From the NCBI GenBank assembly GCA_965198235.1, contig OZ240248.1, positions 2,208,001 through 2,272,000 of the forward strand: 64,000 bases of DNA. The letters are read 5' to 3'. Every line of letters starts with the position of its first letter. Position 1 is the stretch's first letter. The notes under the pieces were generated by a model. That model did no database searches. It saw only the letters and a program-made list of their open reading frames with translations, and had not been told where the DNA came from. Below are positions 57,715-64,000 of the stretch, piece after piece. This DNA is from Candidatus Poribacteria bacterium. Lineage in GTDB: Bacteria > Poribacteria > WGA-4E > WGA-3G. The translations under genes and the position numbers were made by a program.

Positions 57715-58773
57715 ATGGAACTCGGTTTTTTCACAATGCCTTTGCATCCACCCGGCAGTGACACCACCAAGACGCTTGATCATGATATTGAACAGATGGT
57801 GATACTGGACGAGTTGGGTTATAAAGAAGCTTATGTTGGTGAGCATTTCACGTTTACGTGGGAGAATATTCCGTCTCCTGATCTTTTTATTGCTAAAGCG
57901 GCTACGATGACAGAGAACATCATTTTCGGTACGGGAATTACCTGTATGCCGATACACAATCCCGCCGTTATCGCGCATCGTATCGCGCAACTGGATCATC
58001 AAACGCATGGGCGGCTTCACTGGGGGGTTGGTTCAAGTTCCACGCCGAGTGACGCGGAGATGTTTATGGCATCTGGGGATAGGCGGCAGTCGACCCGCGA
58101 AGGAATTGAAGCCGTACTCAAGATTTGGACAGACCCGGAGCCCGGACATTACAAGACCGATTTCTGGGAATTTAAGATCCCCGAGGACCGTCCAAACATT
58201 GTCAGCATTCACATGAAGCCTTATCAGAAGCCGCATCCGCCAATCGCAATGGCGGGATCGTCCGCTAAATCCGACACACTCGTTCTTGCTGGCGAACGGG
58301 GTTGGATTCCGATGAGTATTAACCTTGCACATATCCCGATCATCAAGACGCACTGGGATGCAGTCGAGGAGGGAGCAGAAAAGTCTGGATTATCGCCATC
58401 TCGTTCGACGTGGCGTATTGCCCGCGAGGTCTACGTTGCGGACACCACCGAACAGGCGCGAAAAGAAGCACTTGAAGGCACGCTTGGACGTGATTTTGAG
58501 GACTACTGGTTTAATCTGATGGGCAGCGGTAATTTCAAGCCGAGTCCGGATATTGCCGACTCGGATATGAGTACCGAGCACCTGTTGGACACACTGTGGG
58601 TTGTTGGCAGCCCTGATCATGTTGCCAACCGGTTGCGTGAGATCTATGAGGAAGTCGGTGGCTTTGGCATGCTACTTGCCATGGGGCACGAGTGGGAGCC
58701 GAAGGAACAGTGGTTGAACTCAATGACACTCCTCAAGAATGAGGTGATGCCGCAACTGGCGGATTTGACATAG
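57715..58773 (+). CDS. LLM-class flavin-dependent monooxygenase
   Basis: 'GFFTMPLHP', 'YVGEH', 'LDH', 'PYQKPHPPIA', 'WRIAREVYVADT'. Confidence 0.9.
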   Translation: MELGFFTMPLHPPGSDTTKTLDHDIEQMVILDELGYKEAYVGEHFTFTWENIPSPDLFIAKAATMTENIIFGTGITCMPIHNPAVIAHRIAQLDHQTHGRLHWGVGSSSTPSDAEMFMASGDRRQSTREGIEAVLKIWTDPEPGHYKTDFWEFKIPEDRPNIVSIHMKPYQKPHPPIAMAGSSAKSDTLVLAGERGWIPMSINLAHIPIIKTHWDAVEEGAEKSGLSPSRSTWRIAREVYVADTTEQARKEALEGTLGRDFEDYWFNLMGSGNFKPSPDIADSDMSTEHLLDTLWVVGSPDHVANRLREIYEEVGGFGMLLAMGHEWEPKEQWLNSMTLLKNEVMPQLADLT

Positions 58774-58795
58774 TAGCAGGCACGCTCCGCGTGCC
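58773..58795 (+). repeat. GTAG REP-like hairpin
   Basis: GTAGCA-GGCACGC-TCC-GCGTGCC. Confidence 0.6.
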
Positions 58796-58839
58796 GTTGC
58801 CCTTTTCTACTTGTAGCGGACGAAACCGGGAGACTTCTT

Positions 58840-60081
58840 ATGACTACCCTCATGGCAGGTGCCGCGGAGACTGTGATTACCTCCATAAAGGACAGACCCA
58901 ATGTTTACGCTGAGTTGTATGCGCGTGCATTGGTGCTCGCCGATGGTGAAAAGCAACTCGCTATTGTGACAGCCGACTATGGGCAGTTTTCAATTCAGTA
59001 CAATAAAGTGCTGCTTGAAGCAATCCAGGATGCCACCGGCATACCGCCAGAGCATGTCGTCATTAACTGTAGCCATACGCATAACGCTCCGGGGGTTGAC
59101 GGACGATGGATGAGTGAAGCATCTGAAGCGTGGTTGGCGACGTGTCTTGCTGAATTGGTGAAAGATGCAGTTGGTAAACTTGAACCTGCGACTTTGCGCG
59201 TCGGACGTGCACCCGTTCAAGTTGGTTACAACCGTCGCATAATGAATGATGAGGGCTATATTACCATGGCACCCAATCCTGAAGGTTCTGTTGTGCCGTG
59301 GGTTGACGTGTTAGGGGCTTACGATGCAAATGGGGACATCATCGCAGTGCTGTTCTCACATGCGGCGCACCCGGTGATTGTCCACTGGTCGAGCGAGGAG
59401 ATAGGTGCTGATTTCCCCGGCTATGCCGTTGAACATCTGCGCAATTTCTTGGAGTTGAAGCCGGAAAGCATCTTACTCTTTGCGCAAGGCTGCGCCGCAG
59501 ACATCAACGGGTATCCGTTGCGAGGTGGTTTCAGTGCTTGCGATGTCGCTGGATTCACACTCGCGTTTGCGACACATCAAGCGTTGAAAACTTCGAAAGA
59601 GGTTCCTGCTGCACCCCTTAAAGCGTATTCGGAACTTGTCAATTTGCCGTTCCGAGATCCGCCATCAGTTACCGAATGCGAGCAGTTAATCAAAGAATTT
59701 CCTGACGATGAACGCTATGTCGCCTTATTAGAAGTTGCTAAGAGCGGCGAAAAGCGTGCCTTGCCTTTTCCAATAAGCGCATTTGCGGTCGGCGATGCGC
59801 TCTGTTTCTTGTCTGTATCTCATGAACTTTTCTCGGAGTACCAACTCTTTGTTGATGAAACGTCGCCGTTCGCGCATACATTCGTCTTTGGCTATACGAA
59901 CGGCAGTGAGGTCTATATTGCGACCAGAGCAGCTTACGAGTTGGGGCTGAAGGCAGGTTATGAGGCAGGACCCCGGAACCATGCCCTCAGTGGTCCCTAT
60001 CGGTTAGCACTGTTGCCCGCAGTCGAAGAACAGATTCATGAGGAGATAACGAATCTGCTCGGAAAACTAAAAGAATTATAG
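58840..60081 (+). CDS. Neutral/alkaline ceramidase N-terminal-domain-like hydrolase
   Basis: 'LYARALVL', 'SHTHNAP', 'NRR', 'AAHP', 'ADFPG', 'QGCAADIN', 'GYE'. Confidence 0.75.
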   Translation: MTTLMAGAAETVITSIKDRPNVYAELYARALVLADGEKQLAIVTADYGQFSIQYNKVLLEAIQDATGIPPEHVVINCSHTHNAPGVDGRWMSEASEAWLATCLAELVKDAVGKLEPATLRVGRAPVQVGYNRRIMNDEGYITMAPNPEGSVVPWVDVLGAYDANGDIIAVLFSHAAHPVIVHWSSEEIGADFPGYAVEHLRNFLELKPESILLFAQGCAADINGYPLRGGFSACDVAGFTLAFATHQALKTSKEVPAAPLKAYSELVNLPFRDPPSVTECEQLIKEFPDDERYVALLEVAKSGEKRALPFPISAFAVGDALCFLSVSHELFSEYQLFVDETSPFAHTFVFGYTNGSEVYIATRAAYELGLKAGYEAGPRNHALSGPYRLALLPAVEEQIHEEITNLLGKLKEL

Positions 60082-60172
60082 CGAGAAGTAGCTTGCAAGC
60101 CGAGCTCAAGTGGTGAATCATTCAAAGTGCGCGTCTACTTGGGCTCTTGGCGGAATTAAGAGGCATCTTCAA

Positions 60173-60931
60173 TTAAAAGTAGGTTTCTAACTTTGCGAGC
60201 GCGTTTGAGACCCCTTCAATAATTGGTTGTGGGGTTTCCGCTTTCAATCCTAAATAGATAAGCATGATCTCCTCAGTGTAGCCGACACGGTCTATCTCTT
60301 TACAGATGGCGGGAAAATCCATCTCTGGTGCCCAGAACGGTTCACTTCCTGTCCTTGAATCCACACCACAGTTAAAATAGACACTGAACAACCGCTCTGA
60401 CAAGGTGCGCAAAGCGACAACTGGGTCATCTCCACCGCGATGAAAATGGAACGGACTGTAGTACAAGCCGAAGTTTTCGGAGGGGATTGCATTGAAAATT
60501 TGTTGCGTGCGTTCCAAATTGTAAGCCAGACTCCCTTCGTGCGCATAGAGGGCAAGGGTCAAATTGCGAGCCTGTGCTTCTACAGTGACCGTTTTGAGAT
60601 GATCAATGATCGTTTCAACCTCGCGAGCGGTGGCTTCTTCATTTCCGCCGCTCGCTATGCTGACTATTGGGATAGAAAGCCTTTGGGCAGTGTCGAGAAT
60701 TTCGATTAACGCTTCAAGTCCGTCTGGCGCGTCAACCGCCACCGTACTCAACATAGATTTAAAATGGAGTCCGGTTTCCTCTCGGAGTGCAGCGATAGTT
60801 TCGGCTTCTGCATCCGAAAAATGGGTTTGGGCGAGTTCAATAGCAGACACGCCATTTTGGGATAACCCACCTACAAATTCCGTCAACTGGAAAGGAGAGA
60901 ATGGGAGGGTGCTTGCACAATAGGTCTTCAT
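60173..60931 (-). CDS. Xylose isomerase-like TIM-barrel protein (degenerate metal motifs)
   Basis: Overall AP_endonuc_2 layout: 'AIEL', 'LALYAH', 'FGLYYSPFH', 'GY..I'. Confidence 0.65.
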   Translation of the reverse strand: MKTYCASTLPFSPFQLTEFVGGLSQNGVSAIELAQTHFSDAEAETIAALREETGLHFKSMLSTVAVDAPDGLEALIEILDTAQRLSIPIVSIASGGNEEATAREVETIIDHLKTVTVEAQARNLTLALYAHEGSLAYNLERTQQIFNAIPSENFGLYYSPFHFHRGGDDPVVALRTLSERLFSVYFNCGVDSRTGSEPFWAPEMDFPAICKEIDRVGYTEEIMLIYLGLKAETPQPIIEGVSNALAKLETYF

Positions 60932-61069
60932 GAGTCTACTCCAACTGGAATCTAATTATTTTAAGGGTGGTACATAATTGCTCATCGTGGCATCAGGTCA
61001 ATAAACTATGGACTATTGGAAACCTTCAGGCTGTGGTATGTAAAATGTACATAACTGCTACAGGGTTCT

Positions 61070-61102
61070 CTTGCTGATCGCTGACTGCTGATGGCTGACC
61101 GC
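61070..61102. repeat. Heptamer-type intergenic repeat
   Basis: CTGATCG-CTGACTG-CTGATGG-CTGACCG. Related tracts at 35932-35965 and 17594-17615. Confidence 0.6.
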
Positions 61103-61878
61103 TATTTACCCATCGCCTTTAATGCGCTTAGACAGCGTTCGACAGCCTCAAACGGCGGGAAGGCATCACTTTCATATTCAACAATATACCATTTCGTGCC
61201 GCCAGTGGTTTCACAGACCCGGAAAATCTCATGCCACGGCACGCTGTCCTCGCCGATAACGGGGCGGAAACCGGCGTGTCCATCTGCTTCACCCTCTGAT
61301 TGGGTGTAAGGTTTGAGGTGCACTGTGCCGGCGCGGCCTGGGTATCTCTCCAGAATGCCGACGAGATCTGCACCTCCATAGAGCGCGTTGCCCATATCCA
61401 GTTGCATCACAACACCCTCGTTCGTGTTGCCGAAGAAGGTGTCCCACGGTAGTTCGCCATCAAGCGGCGTAAACTCGACGTGGTGGTTGTGATAGCCTGT
61501 CACCATACCGTGTGCGGCGAGTTTATCGGCAACTCCGTTGAAAAAGTCCGCTAATTTCAACCAGTCCGCCCGCGATTGACGAAGTTCCCCTGGAATACCC
61601 GGAACGATGACATAAGGATTTTCCAAGACCTTGTTGAATTCAATTGTTTCATCAAGGGTGTCTTCTTGGACGAGATTGAAGGGTGTGTGCCAACCGCAGC
61701 AGACTAAGCCGAACTCGTCGAGCAAGCCTTTCAACTCTTGTGCGGAATGTTGCGGTGGACCCGCGAATTCAACGCCTTCATATCCCATTTTGGCGACCGC
61801 TTTTATTGTGCCGCGGACATCTTCTGCCAACTCATTTCGGACGGAGAACAGTTCTAAACCGATCGGTACTCTTGCCAT
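61102..61878 (-). CDS. Sugar phosphate isomerase/epimerase (TIM barrel)
   Basis: 'GYEGVEFAG', 'YHNH', 'QLDMG', 'HLK', 'IVEYE'. Confidence 0.88.
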   Translation of the reverse strand: MARVPIGLELFSVRNELAEDVRGTIKAVAKMGYEGVEFAGPPQHSAQELKGLLDEFGLVCCGWHTPFNLVQEDTLDETIEFNKVLENPYVIVPGIPGELRQSRADWLKLADFFNGVADKLAAHGMVTGYHNHHVEFTPLDGELPWDTFFGNTNEGVVMQLDMGNALYGGADLVGILERYPGRAGTVHLKPYTQSEGEADGHAGFRPVIGEDSVPWHEIFRVCETTGGTKWYIVEYESDAFPPFEAVERCLSALKAMGK

Positions 61879-61950
61879 AATTTTCCTTTCTTTTATAGTG
61901 GAATTTATATGTAGTAAAGCCTACAATTATTGATAGACGCTGTAATACTA

Positions 61951-61974
61951 ACGGGCGATAAATCGCCCTACTAC
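61951..61974 (-). repeat. GTAG REP-like palindrome
   Basis: Reverse complement GTAGTAGGGCGATTTATCGCCCGT. Confidence 0.7.
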
Positions 61975-61994
61975 AAACGTTTCTGTCGGTCTTT

Positions 61995-63416
61995 CTATCG
62001 TGTGGTGTAATTGGGCGCGAGCGGACATGTCCGGGAAAGTGCGAGCAGTGCCACTCGTGCCAAGCCATGAATCAGGTACGCTGCTCCCATTTGCGATTCA
62101 TACCAGTCAATCCCGGATGCTCCGTAAGGGAGTGTCTCTGGGAAATAGATGTCCAGCACCATTTCTGATAGTTCAATCCCGCCTTCCAACCACACCGATT
62201 CACCGGTGATGTCGTAGAGATCGGCAAACAACTCAAGGGTAAGACCGGCATCTGATGCCGGAATCTTAAATCCTTCGGTCTGAACGCGATCGACCGGAAA
62301 TTTCTCATCGAGATAGGTATCGCCAATCGCGCGTGCCAACTCCATCAACTTCTCATTCTGGGTCAACCGCCACCCGCCGAGGCATAGCACTCCAGTGCTG
62401 CACGCAGTCCCGGCACCGTAGACACTCCCCCAAGCCGACATACGTTCAGCAACTCGATTCGTTTCACACTCACATAAACTGATGAATTCACGAGTTTCAA
62501 GGTTGTGCGGTGCCGCAAGAAATCCGTCAATGTAAACCAGTGCGTATTGTCGCATCTGGTCTGCCAATTCCGGTAGGAGCGATTCTAACAACGCGCCGGA
62601 TTCAAGTAGACTAATCCCTAACGAGAACGTCTGTGTGGGGGCGTTCATCTCAAAAAACCGTTCTGCTTCCTTCGGTGAGCGGCTTTCAATACGCAAAAGT
62701 CCACGCGCATCCCGTTTCTCCCACCAATAATCGGTATAATTCTGGATCTGTTGATGAATTTCAGAACGTTGATCTTGCGTATACGCGAACGCCAAATCGA
62801 AGATGTAAAAACCTGAATGACGTGGAAAATCGCATGCACGGGCACCGCGATCGAGATGTGCCTTTGTGTCAATGTTCGCATGGCGGATGTATTCAAGTCC
62901 GTCTCCTGCGGTCCAATGATAATCCAACCCGTCGGCGAAACTTTGGATGCAGTCGGGGTTAAATGTATTCAGCTTTTGCCAGAGCCATAGCGGAACTTGG
63001 CGCAGATGGTCGTGGATCGCGGCACCTCCTGCTGGGTTTCGTGAACATCCGACCCGTTCCTCAATGAGCTGCCAAAAGGAGTGTTCGCCCCAAGGGAATA
63101 ACCCCGTTGCCGTATTCGTGCAATTCTGGGCAAAATGCTCCAAGTATCGATCTACGGCTTCAATGTATTCCGGTTTCGATTGGCTCTTGGCGAGTGCATT
63201 CATCGTAGCAAGCAATGGCTCATCGTGAATCAGATTGGAACCGAGATGCGCTCTGTCGCCATCCCGCTGTCCCGGAATCTTGGTCGGTTTCTCCATTAGC
63301 ATATCGCCAGTTTGTGGATGCAAAATTGAGGGAAACAGACCTTTGTACGGTTCGCTACTTTTGATGAGTTGGTCGATAGCATTGCATATTTTCGTTATAA
63401 TTGCTTCTGGGTTCAT
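61995..63416 (-). CDS. Hypothetical protein, probable alpha/alpha-toroid (glycosidase/lyase-like)
   Basis: Long ORF of predicted helices. 'TGLFPWGEH', 'DLYDITGESVWL'. Confidence 0.6.
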   Translation of the reverse strand: MNPEAIITKICNAIDQLIKSSEPYKGLFPSILHPQTGDMLMEKPTKIPGQRDGDRAHLGSNLIHDEPLLATMNALAKSQSKPEYIEAVDRYLEHFAQNCTNTATGLFPWGEHSFWQLIEERVGCSRNPAGGAAIHDHLRQVPLWLWQKLNTFNPDCIQSFADGLDYHWTAGDGLEYIRHANIDTKAHLDRGARACDFPRHSGFYIFDLAFAYTQDQRSEIHQQIQNYTDYWWEKRDARGLLRIESRSPKEAERFFEMNAPTQTFSLGISLLESGALLESLLPELADQMRQYALVYIDGFLAAPHNLETREFISLCECETNRVAERMSAWGSVYGAGTACSTGVLCLGGWRLTQNEKLMELARAIGDTYLDEKFPVDRVQTEGFKIPASDAGLTLELFADLYDITGESVWLEGGIELSEMVLDIYFPETLPYGASGIDWYESQMGAAYLIHGLARVALLALSRTCPLAPNYTTR

Positions 63417-63503
63417 GGCAAATGAGATCTCCGCCTCTGCTGAATGAAAAATATGATGTCATAATACATTAAGAAAATCCAAAGGAATTTCTTAGTGAGT
63501 CCC

Positions 63504-64000
63504 TTAATATTGAATACCCTCCCACATCCGTTTCCGATAGTATTCTACTGTTGCTTTGTTCTGAAGTAAATGGTCGCGACTGCGGGTGCGAGCCATTCCT
63601 TTAAGTATTCGTGCTGTCCTACACATTGTAACCTGCTTATCTCCAAAAGGCGCGGAGCCCTTGTAAAATGTAGAAAGTGAGTTTTTTGTTGCATGAGTGG
63701 GTCGCCATAAGAGACCCTCTGCAAAGATCGGAGCTGCCGCTTTAACGAGGATGGCATGTATTTTCTGATTTGCGATCGCGCGTGCTTGCTCAGTTTCCGC
63801 TGCCATCCGCATTTCAACTGCCTTGAGTAGGGCATCAAGGGTACTAACTCGAATCTCGCAATAGTCAAAGCACCCTGCTGCGGGTCTATCCGCTTGATGA
63901 AGTATCTCTCGAATATGTGGAGGCAGGTCCGCGGGTAGGTATTGTAGAGAAACAGGCGTGAATTTATACTGAGCGGCCACTGCTTCCTTAGATACCAACA
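63504..64000 (-). CDS. Hypothetical protein (probably 5'-partial)
   Basis: ORF runs to the window edge. No recognised motif. Confidence 0.5.
   Translation of the reverse strand, partial: LVSKEAVAAQYKFTPVSLQYLPADLPPHIREILHQADRPAAGCFDYCEIRVSTLDALLKAVEMRMAAETEQARAIANQKIHAILVKAAAPIFAEGLLWRPTHATKNSLSTFYKGSAPFGDKQVTMCRTARILKGMARTRSRDHLLQNKATVEYYRKRMWEGIQY

Overview
Gene-dense bacterial window of about 55 CDS. I saw no rRNA, tRNA, CRISPR array or transposase. The gene repertoire suggests a sponge-associated Candidatus Poribacteria-like genome (inference, not a database result): four PhyH-family Fe(II)/2OG dioxygenases, a sulfatase, sugar-acid dehydratases, six Gfo/Idh/MocA oxidoreductases, HEAT/TPR proteins and LamG-like exported proteins. 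Most of the window is carbohydrate/organic-acid catabolism. Strongest candidates for something new: (1) an AT-richer, translationally coupled two-gene locus (49645-54371) encoding an Mrr-like nuclease-STAND ATPase plus a small RxxxxH HEPN-like protein, a probable anti-phage system; (2) a radical SAM gene whose TGA 'stop' lies in a C-U-A-E-P motif followed by a SECIS-like hairpin (probable selenoprotein), upstream of DUF169 and SDR genes; (3) six proteins of different folds that share one C-terminal tag (LAVxxxGKLxTTWGxLK), a likely sorting or anchoring signal; (4) a paralogous lipoprotein pair, one a near-pure Met-Met-acidic repeat and one cytochrome P460-like, near a SOD-family protein lacking Zn ligands; (5) four tandem Gfo/Idh/MocA paralogs with localised variable loops; (6) a DNA methyltransferase-HNH fusion; (7) a dispersed family of covarying GTAG-hairpin elements that often end at start codons. 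Two genes carry single-base frameshifts (real or sequencing error).
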